This document shows, in pieces, positions 9,990-18,378 of a DNA stretch of 64,000 bases (its first letter is position 1; every line of letters starts with the position of its first letter). Under the pieces are notes generated by a model. That model saw only the letters and a program-made list of their open reading frames with translations, was not told the DNA's origin and made no database searches. A program made the translations under genes and the position numbers. The DNA comes from Alphaproteobacteria bacterium (GTDB taxonomy: Bacteria > Pseudomonadota > Alphaproteobacteria > UBA828), in the NCBI GenBank assembly GCA_963667785.2, contig CAXXMU010000001.1, forward strand, positions 416,001 through 480,000. The letters run 5' to 3'.

Positions 9990-11210
9990 TCACGCCCACA
10001 GACATGACAGCGGCGCCGCCGCCAACTTGTCGCCGAACGGCACGAAATCCGCACTGTCATAGAGAACGACGCCGCAGGCGAAACGCTCCTTGCACGCTTC
10101 GGCCAGGGTCCGCAGCCCGGCGAAATCTTTGGACGTCACCGTTGCGGCCGCCTTGACCTCGATCCCCGCGATCCTCCCGTCGTCGCGTTCCAGCACGATG
10201 TCGACTTCGCGCATCTCCCGGTCGCGGAAATGATAGGCGGCCAGCTGCAGGTCCGACGCGGTCATGAGCTTCAGCACCTCCGAGAACACGAAGCTCTCGA
10301 GCAGCGCGCCGAACTCGCTGCGGTCGGACCTGACTCGATCGAAGCTCAACCCGCGCACCGCCGCGAGCAGGCCGGAATCGAGGAAGTGCAGTTTCGGCGT
10401 CTTGGCGATGCGCTTCAGCGCGTTCGTGTACCAGGGCTGCAATGTCGAGACGAGAAACACCTGCTCCAGCAAGGCGACATAGCGCTGCCCGGTCTTGTGG
10501 CTGACGTCGATTTCGGAGCCGAACTGCGAGTAGTTGACCAGCCGTCCCGAATACTCCGCCAGCAGGCGCACGAACTTGGGCAGCTCGGCCAGCCTCTCGA
10601 TCTCGGCAATGTCTCTCAGATCGCGGGTTAGCACCGAGGTCAGATAGGACCGCGCCCAAGCCTGCCGCCGGCGCTCGCTCTCGCGTTCGATCGCCTCGGG
10701 GAAACCTCCGAGCAGCGCCAGCCGGACGAGGTCGTCGCCGATGACAGCCTGCCGCTCGCCTTCCAGCCTCCCCTCGAACAGACGCTCCAGGAAGGTGGGT
10801 GCGGTGCCCGCTATTTCAGCGCGGGCCAACGGCAGCATGCGGATGGTTTCGATCCGGCCCGCCAGGCTGTCGGCAACCCGGGGCAACGTCATGACGTTGG
10901 CGGAGCCGGTCAGCAGAAAACGGCCGGGGCGATAGTCTTCGTCCACGCTCCTCTTGATTACCAGCAGCAGGTCCGGGGCGCGCTGGATCTCGTCAATGAT
11001 GGCTCGGTCCAGGCCGCGGATGAAGCCGTTCGGATCTGACAGTGCGGCGTCGAGGACCGTGCGGTCGTCCAGTGTGATATAGATCCGGCCTTCTTCCGCC
11101 ATCTTCCGGGCGAGCGTGGTCTTGCCCGCACGGCGCGGTCCTACGATCAGCACCACCGGGGTATCCGCGAGGGCCTCCTCCGCCCGCCTCTCTACGAACC
11201 GTGGGTACAT
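9990..11210 (-). CDS. AAA_14 ATPase with DUF4143 domain
   Basis: GPRRAGKTT, IIDEIQRAP, FLLTGSA, KTPKLHFLDSG, EVDIVLE...IEVKAA. Confidence 0.93.
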   Translation of the reverse strand: MYPRFVERRAEEALADTPVVLIVGPRRAGKTTLARKMAEEGRIYITLDDRTVLDAALSDPNGFIRGLDRAIIDEIQRAPDLLLVIKRSVDEDYRPGRFLLTGSANVMTLPRVADSLAGRIETIRMLPLARAEIAGTAPTFLERLFEGRLEGERQAVIGDDLVRLALLGGFPEAIERESERRRQAWARSYLTSVLTRDLRDIAEIERLAELPKFVRLLAEYSGRLVNYSQFGSEIDVSHKTGQRYVALLEQVFLVSTLQPWYTNALKRIAKTPKLHFLDSGLLAAVRGLSFDRVRSDRSEFGALLESFVFSEVLKLMTASDLQLAAYHFRDREMREVDIVLERDDGRIAGIEVKAAATVTSKDFAGLRTLAEACKERFACGVVLYDSADFVPFGDKLAAAPLSCLWA

Positions 11211-11230
11211 GCCTCCTCGGCCTTTCCGAC

Positions 11231-11282
11231 GATTGGAACTATGACGACTGACGATTGGAAGTCAACAGACCGCAGATTGGAA
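11231..11282. repeat. Three GATTGGAA direct repeats with a 22-bp period
   Basis: Copies start at 11231, 11253 and 11275, just upstream of the AAA/DUF4143 start. Confidence 0.85.
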
Positions 11283-11936
11283 GCCGTAGAACCGCGGACT
11301 GAGAATGGGCGGGAGGCAAAACCTTCCCTCCTGAGCAACCGGGCTCACCTTGGCCGCATCGACAAGGGACCAAGCGGGCTTGCCGCCCGTGGTCCTGCGC
11401 TTGAGCGATGGCGAACAGCCGGACATCATACGCCTGTCACCGAGGCCGCCAATTCGCACAACGGTGATGGGCAGTGCCGATCGTCCGGCCGACGACACGG
11501 GTACGACATCAAGGATCAAGGAAGGTAATGGCTATCAAGAAATCCAGCGGGATCGGCCCGGAGCACGATCTCCAGATACTGACCCGCGATATCCTCCCCC
11601 TCCACGCAGATCACGGGCGCGGCCCCTTGAGCTCTGCTTGGCTCCGCTGTCCGCACCTGCTGAAAATCTCCTGCACCACCTCCCGGGAACCGACTCCGAA
11701 ACTTGCCGATAGACGTCCGCGGCCCGACTCGGCATTTGTAAGCCACCAGAAGCGCTCGACTGGGCTCCTGCCTACAGCGCAGACATGCCGCCGCCAGGGA
11801 CTCCGGCAGCGTGCAGACAGGAAACAACGTCACTGGCATCAGAAGAGCAGTACGCCAATATCCGTAGATCCCCTACAATCCATCTCTTGAACAATCCCTA
11901 CGAACACTCCGGAAATTTGGCAGTCCATTTCCTCTC

Positions 11937-14594
11937 ATGAAATACGAAGCCACATTGGAGGAACTTCACTCCTCCATCAACTCGCTCGATCAACCTACGA
12001 CGTTGGCCCTTCTAAACATTGATGAAGCCCTTCTGGATCTACCAGACACGACGCTTTCGTATATCGCGCGCTGGAATCACTGGAAGCGCTTGCGACACGT
12101 CGTAGCCTCAATCCCACATTTGATACACCAAGGCAGCACTGCCTACACTCCACTTGTAAGCTTTTTGGGACACTTTAGTTCCGGAAAATCTACTTTGATA
12201 AACGCCATCATGGAAATTGAACAAAACGAACACCCAGCTTACAGAAGGGAAGCGGGCCGCAACCCAACGGATAGAGGTATCACACTAACTACACACTTCA
12301 ACAATTATTCGAGCACAAGTAACGAGTTCCTGTCATTCATTGATAAAGTAGATGTAGTGCAGGGTCCCCGCTTGCCAGTCATGGAGCACATGACCCTGGT
12401 GGACACGCCAGGACTAGGAGACGATCCGTCTGAAATGGATAGACTCATTCGTTTCCTCCACCTAGTCCATGTGCTGGTTCTTACAGTCGACGGACGTCGC
12501 CCTTTCGCCGATACCGATAAGGACTTTGCATTGCTTGACGTCGCCTTTAATCGACTAGTCGGCGTACCAAAAATCTTCGCCATTACCAGCGCCGTTGATT
12601 TCCTCTCGGATCGCAGGGGGGAATTTGATACTGAGTGGGACCAGGCTGAAGCGGATGCATTTTGGCGACAAACCCTTGGCCGCCTTCTTTCCGATCCACG
12701 TTTCGCGGACCGCAAAGAAGAACTAGCCGGCACACCGCACCACTTCGTTGATTCTATCGAGAGCTTTCGCATCAACAATTTGGTGGGCACTATTCTTCCC
12801 ATTGTTTCAGACGACGAGCAACGAACAAGAACTGATATTGCTCGTGCAGAATATGTGATTACATCAGCTGTTGAATCCCTAAAGTACCTTGAGGAATATG
12901 TTGGCGAGCGGAGTCAGCACCTGGGCAAACTTCGGTCGGATGCTGAGCAACGAAGCGAGAATACCAAGACTGCTATAGAGAACTTAATTGTCGATCTCGA
13001 CCGGCGCCTCGCGAGCACTTTGGAATTACTACAAGGACAACAGAACGATAACACCGATATATCAGTTCCGCTCGATCATATAGTAACCATTGATACACTA
13101 TCGCAAGACATTGACATGCCAGCTACGGGGAGCGCTATTCGAGATGCTCTGCAAAACCTAATTGATTTGAGACGATCTCAGGTATTGCGCCGTTCACGGG
13201 AATACTACCGACGACGAAGCAGTGAGACGACGGAACAGTATAAGTCCGAACTTCTGGTGGATCGTGATATCGCTGCAACAGTTAAAGGGACAGATCTCCT
13301 AGGCCAATTGCGTCTGTGCGGACGGACTGCGCTGAGCAGTGCCTTAGTCAGGCATCGAGCGGCTCGTACCATGGGATTGGAGTTTCTAGAGCGACGGTCA
13401 GAGCGCGGTCGAGTTATGTCCGCAGCTCGGGATATTCAGAGTGAATTCGATCGCTTTCAAGAAGTCCACGACGATACCGTAAAGACATTGATTGCCTACA
13501 TAACCCAGCCGAGTTCTCTTGAACTGTTGCGCGAGCATGGTTTCGTCGGGTTTGATAGATCTGGCCAACGTTTAGCCGATCCCGATAGCATCGACATGAA
13601 CAATCGAGAGGATTATCGTCGATTGCTCACCGAGATTGAGAAATGTAAGGACGCCCTTAAGGACATATACGAGCAAGCAACCGTGGACCTTGAGACCAGC
13701 GTGCGGGGCAGTTTACCGGAGGACGATGAAGATGCCGACGAAGAGTTTTCATTCGAAAGTATGGGTCCGTCCGCACTAGAGCCCATAGTCGAGCAAATCT
13801 CTGCCAGAACCTCCGTTGGTGTACGCGAGCTGGACCAAGCGGTTAATGAGCAGGTCGCGGAACTGACAGAAGAAGTTGCGGAGAGGAAACAGGCTACTAC
13901 AGCACGTATAAGAGAAATTTGGCAAGCGCGAGGTCGAGTTGCAGCAAGATTGGCAGTAGTCATATTCGTCTTCGGTGGTGTCGGATTGATACTCAGAGAA
14001 CTCGCTCCCGACCTTTGGACAAGGATGTGGTCCTCACTGCCAGACTGGATGATTCAAGGAGCGGTAAGTAGCACTGTAACGTCGTTAATTCTTAGTATCT
14101 GTTTCTTTATCTTTATTGGATCCGCTAACGCAAATCTAAGAGTCGCATTCGGATCCACAACGTTTGTGCTATTAAAGCTTGCACTATTGCGACGAAAGCA
14201 TCGGCAAGAAGTTCGACGGATCACAGACGAAGGGCTGAGCAAAGCCAAAGCAAGAGTCAGTGAATCATTTAATTCCATAGAAGATGTCTTGCTCGGATCT
14301 GTAGTGCGTTGGCTCGAGAACGACTGCGTTATATATAGAAAGTCAGCTGGAGAACTACGTCAACTTAGCCAGCGCGCCGGCGAGCGGGGCCAGCATGTGA
14401 AGGAGTTGGTAGGCAAGATAGCTACATTTCGGCAGGAGCTGGGCGGTCAATTGCGAGAGAAATCGGAAGCAATTCGTTCGGCTGCCGTATCGACGCATAT
14501 GTCGACAATTCGAAAGGCGGCTGGGGACGTCGAACAACTAAGAGAAACTATTGCCGAGATAGAGGACAGGGCACAACGTGCGAGCGTTTCCTAA
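11937..14594 (+). CDS. Dynamin-like GTPase with two C-terminal TM helices
   Basis: GHFSSGKST (G1), PTD (G2), LVDTPG (G3), long helical region, TM pair near aa 670-730; visibly lower GC than the flanks. Confidence 0.8.
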   Translation: MKYEATLEELHSSINSLDQPTTLALLNIDEALLDLPDTTLSYIARWNHWKRLRHVVASIPHLIHQGSTAYTPLVSFLGHFSSGKSTLINAIMEIEQNEHPAYRREAGRNPTDRGITLTTHFNNYSSTSNEFLSFIDKVDVVQGPRLPVMEHMTLVDTPGLGDDPSEMDRLIRFLHLVHVLVLTVDGRRPFADTDKDFALLDVAFNRLVGVPKIFAITSAVDFLSDRRGEFDTEWDQAEADAFWRQTLGRLLSDPRFADRKEELAGTPHHFVDSIESFRINNLVGTILPIVSDDEQRTRTDIARAEYVITSAVESLKYLEEYVGERSQHLGKLRSDAEQRSENTKTAIENLIVDLDRRLASTLELLQGQQNDNTDISVPLDHIVTIDTLSQDIDMPATGSAIRDALQNLIDLRRSQVLRRSREYYRRRSSETTEQYKSELLVDRDIAATVKGTDLLGQLRLCGRTALSSALVRHRAARTMGLEFLERRSERGRVMSAARDIQSEFDRFQEVHDDTVKTLIAYITQPSSLELLREHGFVGFDRSGQRLADPDSIDMNNREDYRRLLTEIEKCKDALKDIYEQATVDLETSVRGSLPEDDEDADEEFSFESMGPSALEPIVEQISARTSVGVRELDQAVNEQVAELTEEVAERKQATTARIREIWQARGRVAARLAVVIFVFGGVGLILRELAPDLWTRMWSSLPDWMIQGAVSSTVTSLILSICFFIFIGSANANLRVAFGSTTFVLLKLALLRRKHRQEVRRITDEGLSKAKARVSESFNSIEDVLLGSVVRWLENDCVIYRKSAGELRQLSQRAGERGQHVKELVGKIATFRQELGGQLREKSEAIRSAAVSTHMSTIRKAAGDVEQLRETIAEIEDRAQRASVS

Positions 14595-14800
14595 GTCTGG
14601 TCAGCTGCAAATACAGGCTGCAGTTCGCTGTATGCCCCCTTCGGGTGATCGAGATCGCCGTCGAGGCCCACACGCGCAGGATCGTCCGCCCCCGGTAGCG
14701 GCGAAGCTGCGCCTGCACATCCTCGCCTCTGGAAGTGTCGGCGCCTCTGGTGCCAAAAAAGGGGAGTTATATACGAAAGTGACCAGCTTGCGTTGGGGAG

Positions 14801-15130
14801 TTAGTCGTGATCCCGAGCGCCCCTTGATACGTGACTGAGGATACGATCCAAGAGGCGATGGATTTCTTCTATACCCAAGCGCCTAGCCAAAAAGACGAGC
14901 AAGATAAGTTCAAGTATAAGGATGGCGATTGGACCGCCAAATGTGGGCATGAACGAGAACGCCGCTATATCAATCAGGATTATGATGCCCAGCACAAAGG
15001 CGAAGCGATCTTCTTTCCGGGCATCACGCTCACCAGCGAGGTCTCTTTGCAGATTTTCTATCTGCTCCTTTAGCTTCGACTCCTCTGATGGCTCAAGGGC
15101 GGATGCGATCTCGCCTCTTTCATCCGGCAT
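14801..15130 (-). CDS. Small coiled-coil/2-TM protein, putative Panacea-associated toxin
   Basis: Start overlaps the end of the Panacea gene; two hydrophobic segments. Confidence 0.6.
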   Translation of the reverse strand: MPDERGEIASALEPSEESKLKEQIENLQRDLAGERDARKEDRFAFVLGIIILIDIAAFSFMPTFGGPIAILILELILLVFLARRLGIEEIHRLLDRILSHVSRGARDHD

Positions 15131-15569
15131 TCTTCGCGTGCTCAATCCGCTTATTGTACTCGACTAGAATATCTTCATTCGGAATGATGACGCTCCGCTC
15201 GCCTGAATGATAGTTCTTATACCATGCACCTTCCTTCCAGTGGGTAATAGCCACTAAGCGAGACGGCGGAAGCGACATGTCAACGATTTCGTCGAGCATG
15301 GAGCACTCCGTCCCATCTTCTATATCTTGTTGCGAGCGGAAGATGTTTTTCACCGGGTCTTTACCAAACACCTTCGCCTTATGGTACAGGGTGGGATGAA
15401 CTGGACCATAATCCCACGCCTCAAAGAAGCCAGGGATAAGGGCGTGGTCGTGCTTGCCCAAGTGGAACATATGGGCGAGATACAGCACTTTCTGCATTTC
15501 CAGATTGGACAGCGACCAATCGGATTGGTGTCCCATGCGCTTGGCCGCCGAGAGGACCGGTATCGGCAT
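15120..15569 (-). CDS. Panacea/SocA (DUF4065) antitoxin-family protein
   Basis: LSNLEMQKVLYLAH, FEAWDYGPVHP, L..ITH..GAW motifs. Confidence 0.9.
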   Translation of the reverse strand: MPIPVLSAAKRMGHQSDWSLSNLEMQKVLYLAHMFHLGKHDHALIPGFFEAWDYGPVHPTLYHKAKVFGKDPVKNIFRSQQDIEDGTECSMLDEIVDMSLPPSRLVAITHWKEGAWYKNYHSGERSVIIPNEDILVEYNKRIEHAKNAG

Positions 15570-15654
15570 GGCAAACCTCCGCTCGGGCGACTCCACCTAC
15601 CACTGCAGGTGATTTTGGGCAAGTGCGATGTCAAGTGCCATCTGCCAATATCCC

Positions 15655-15683
15655 TTGACATCTGGCGTCGTGGTCACTATACT
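15655..15683 (+). promoter_or_regulatory. Near-consensus sigma70 promoter of the E2 transposase
   Basis: TTGACA-17bp-TATACT, followed by a GGAGG RBS before the ATG at 15707. Confidence 0.75.
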
Positions 15684-15706
15684 TCCATTATTGGACGGAG
15701 GCGATC

Positions 15707-16645
15707 ATGGCACACAAGGCACCCGGCAAGCACTACCGCGAAGGCATGTCGCTGGTCGAGATCATCCGCAAGTTCCCGGATGACGCGGCGGCAGAGCGGT
15801 GGTTCACGGAGGTCCGCTGGCCGGATGGCGTTCACTGCCCGCATTGCGGCTCGGTGAACATCCAGGACGGCACTAAGCACAAGACCATGCCCTATCGCTG
15901 CCGTGACTGCCGCAAGTGGTTCTCGGTCAAGACTGGCACGGTCATGCAGTCGTCGAAGCTGGGCTTGCAGGTGTGGGCCGTCGCGACCTATCTGCTGACC
16001 ACGGGCTTGAAGGGCCAAGCCAGCATGAAGCTGCATCGCGATCTGGGCATCACGCAGAAGTCGGCGTGGCACTTGGCCCACCGTATCCGCGAGACCTGGG
16101 CGAAGAAGAACGAACCGACGATGGCTGGGCCGGTCGAGGTTGACGAGACCTACATCGGCGGGAAGGAGAAGAACAAGCACTCTCACAAGAAGCAGCGCTT
16201 GGGTCGCGGCGGCATCGGCAAGGCCATTGTCGCTGGTGCCAAGGATCGCGCCACGGGCGCCATCAGCGCTCAGTCGGTCCCCGACACCACCAAGGGCACG
16301 TTACACGGCTTTGTCGGCTCTCAGGCGGCCCCTGGCGCCACGATCTACACCGACGAAGGTGGCGGCTATCAGGGCATGCCCTTCGATCACGAGACCGTCT
16401 GCCACGGTGTCGGCGAGTATGTCAGTGACATGGCCCACACCAACGGCATCGAGTCCTTCTGGTCCATGCTGAAGCGCGGCTACCACGGGACCTACCACCA
16501 CATGAGCGCCAAGCACCTAGATCGCTATGTCGGGGAGTTCTCGGGTCGGCACAACGACAGGGACGCCGACACCATTGACCAGATGGCCCGCATGGCACAG
16601 GGTATGGTCGGGAAGCGGCTCAGGTATCAGGACTTGATCGGTTAG
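15707..16645 (+). CDS. IS1595-family transposase
   Basis: CPHCGS..CRDC, VEVDETYIGG, IYTDE, HTNGIESFWSMLKRG. Confidence 0.96.
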   Translation: MAHKAPGKHYREGMSLVEIIRKFPDDAAAERWFTEVRWPDGVHCPHCGSVNIQDGTKHKTMPYRCRDCRKWFSVKTGTVMQSSKLGLQVWAVATYLLTTGLKGQASMKLHRDLGITQKSAWHLAHRIRETWAKKNEPTMAGPVEVDETYIGGKEKNKHSHKKQRLGRGGIGKAIVAGAKDRATGAISAQSVPDTTKGTLHGFVGSQAAPGATIYTDEGGGYQGMPFDHETVCHGVGEYVSDMAHTNGIESFWSMLKRGYHGTYHHMSAKHLDRYVGEFSGRHNDRDADTIDQMARMAQGMVGKRLRYQDLIG

Positions 16646-16904
16646 AGTCGGTCACTGATCTTCTAGTGACACTACTCGATCAGGATCGCCCCAAGCATTG
16701 ACCAGCCAAAATGCTGCATCCAAAGAGCACACCTTGGCAAGAATCGTGATGCCCTTGCATCCCGGTTCATCCGATGTCTCAAAGAGAAAATATCCGTCGC
16801 AACCAAGGTGCCCCATGTCGTTTTCGATGATCGTTTGGTCCGACAGGGTTCCTATGTGAAGTGAGTGCTGGCCAGTACCGTAACCTGCATCAAGGATTTT
16901 CTCC

Positions 16905-17624
16905 ATGGCTCGCCCCTCCCCCCGCAAGATAGCCAAACCCAGGATATCTGTTAACGAATTGGCCAACTTTATGGTTTCCACTGAGACGGCCCGCATGAGC
17001 ATTATTGAACGGGCTCGCAATCCGATTCGCCCCCCAATAATACGATATAGGGATGCTCGTCAAGCGATTTGTTCATTTCTAACAGATAAAAGCAGAAGTT
17101 TGCACTACTTAGTTGACGCAGAACAGATGTTTTTGCAACGGTCTAACGATGCCGCTGAATCGGCGCTCCGACAAGAAGACGCCCGCTTGTCAATCAGCGT
17201 TCTTCATGCAATCCAATCAATGCAAAATGAACTAGCGCCGCTTGCCTTTGTTCCGGCGCCGCGCAATCAACGCAAGCTGATACTTTCCGGGGTAGAGGTG
17301 TCGGTGCAACTGGATATGCTGATACACGGTCGCACGCGAGGTGCTGAACAAATTGGAGCGGCCGTCCTTAGGATGACAAAGGACGACGGAGCAACCGCAT
17401 CTGCGCGAGATAGACGTAAGCGAATGGGGCTTTATGCCGCTGCGTTAATCAGAAGGCACGTTGAGGAGAACATTTCCTCAGACCGCCAACCTGCGAACAA
17501 GTTGTGCATGTCAATCGACGTACAGCGCGGCGAGCTATTCCGAGCTCCACCCTCTGTTGCGCGGCGAATGAGGGATTTGGAATACGCCTGCAGAGTTATC
17601 GCAGCGCTTTGGCCACAAATGTAG
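16905..17624 (+). CDS. Hypothetical passenger protein, possibly a degenerate PD-(D/E)XK fold
   Basis: 239-aa lower-GC ORF with protein-like composition; the fold is a guess from the VSVQLD...GAAVLR strand pattern. Confidence 0.65.
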   Translation: MARPSPRKIAKPRISVNELANFMVSTETARMSIIERARNPIRPPIIRYRDARQAICSFLTDKSRSLHYLVDAEQMFLQRSNDAAESALRQEDARLSISVLHAIQSMQNELAPLAFVPAPRNQRKLILSGVEVSVQLDMLIHGRTRGAEQIGAAVLRMTKDDGATASARDRRKRMGLYAAALIRRHVEENISSDRQPANKLCMSIDVQRGELFRAPPSVARRMRDLEYACRVIAALWPQM

Positions 17625-17640
17625 AACGAGGGACGGCAAC

Positions 17641-17844
17641 ATGAAAAGCCGACCAACCAATTCTCCTAAACGGGGGCGCCCAGTCGAGAAGCCGCTGCCC
17701 GAGCCTATCCCCGACACGCCTGAGAACGTGGCACGTGCGCTCGTGTCTTCCCCGCCCAAGGATGAGGGCGATTGGGACTATCTCAAGAAGCCCAAGCGGC
17801 TTGACGTGGCCGCTTCGCTTGGGAAACCGCCGAAAGACAAGTAG
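17641..17844 (+). CDS. Small IS1595 accessory protein candidate
   Basis: KRGRP AT-hook-like motif and PIPDTPENVARAL; GAGGGA RBS upstream. Confidence 0.65.
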   Translation: MKSRPTNSPKRGRPVEKPLPEPIPDTPENVARALVSSPPKDEGDWDYLKKPKRLDVAASLGKPPKDK

Positions 17845-17871
17845 GGCATTGCACACAGCGGCCCCTGCTCC

Positions 17872-18102
17872 ATGCCTCGGTACATCTACACGCACCAAGG
17901 GCCAGCCAGGACCTTCGCCATTCTTGCCGCCCTCTGCGGCGTAGGGGCCTACTTCGCCGCTGAAGAGGCGTACTTCACCACTCTCAGCATCTGGGATGAT
18001 CCAGCGGTTGTGAGCGCGGTGGCAGGAGCCGGCATCTTCGCCATCATGGCCATATTCTTCGCGATCCAGAGGACGAAACACCCGAGCGGCAAACGGGATT
18101 GA
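17872..18102 (+). CDS. Small 2-TM hypothetical protein
   Basis: Two hydrophobic helices; ends just inside the right IR. Confidence 0.5.
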   Translation: MPRYIYTHQGPARTFAILAALCGVGAYFAAEEAYFTTLSIWDDPAVVSAVAGAGIFAIMAIFFAIQRTKHPSGKRD

Positions 18103-18211
18103 CGGTGCGGCGGCTCAAAGCCCACTGGTCACTTTCGTATATAATCCCCCTTTTTTGGGGGATTATATACCGAGCTTGACGGCTGACCGCAATTCCCCGT
18201 AGCCTCTCCCC

Positions 18212-18361
18212 TGCAACGTTACACGGACCCGCATGTCGGGTCGCCCGTCGAATACAACAGCCCTAGACCGGGCGCGGGGTAGCTCCCTGCGTCTTGGCGA
18301 ATAGGCGGGGCTTCACGCTTTCCGTGTGACGTTGCAACGGCCCGGCACCAGCCGGTGCCGC
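18212..18361 (+). ncRNA. Candidate structured leader/ncRNA
   Basis: 16-bp closing stem 18212-18227/18321-18336 with one G-U pair, inner G-U-rich hairpin, downstream hairpin 18344-18361; begins just after TTGACG-18bp-TAGCCT. Confidence 0.5.
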
Positions 18362-18378
18362 AACAGCCGGAGGCGTCC

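Larger units (their letters stand above)
14761..18150 (+). mobile_element. IS1595-family element E2 with passengers on both sides of the transposase
   Basis: IRs GGGGAGTTATATACGAAAGTGACCAG (14761-14786) and CTGGTCACTTTCGTATATAATCCCCC (18125-18150), 24/26 match. Confidence 0.92.

Noticed and set aside
11528-11890. ORF beginning MAIKKS, like a type I HsdM N-terminus
   Set aside because: Similarity is limited to six residues; the rest has no methyltransferase features
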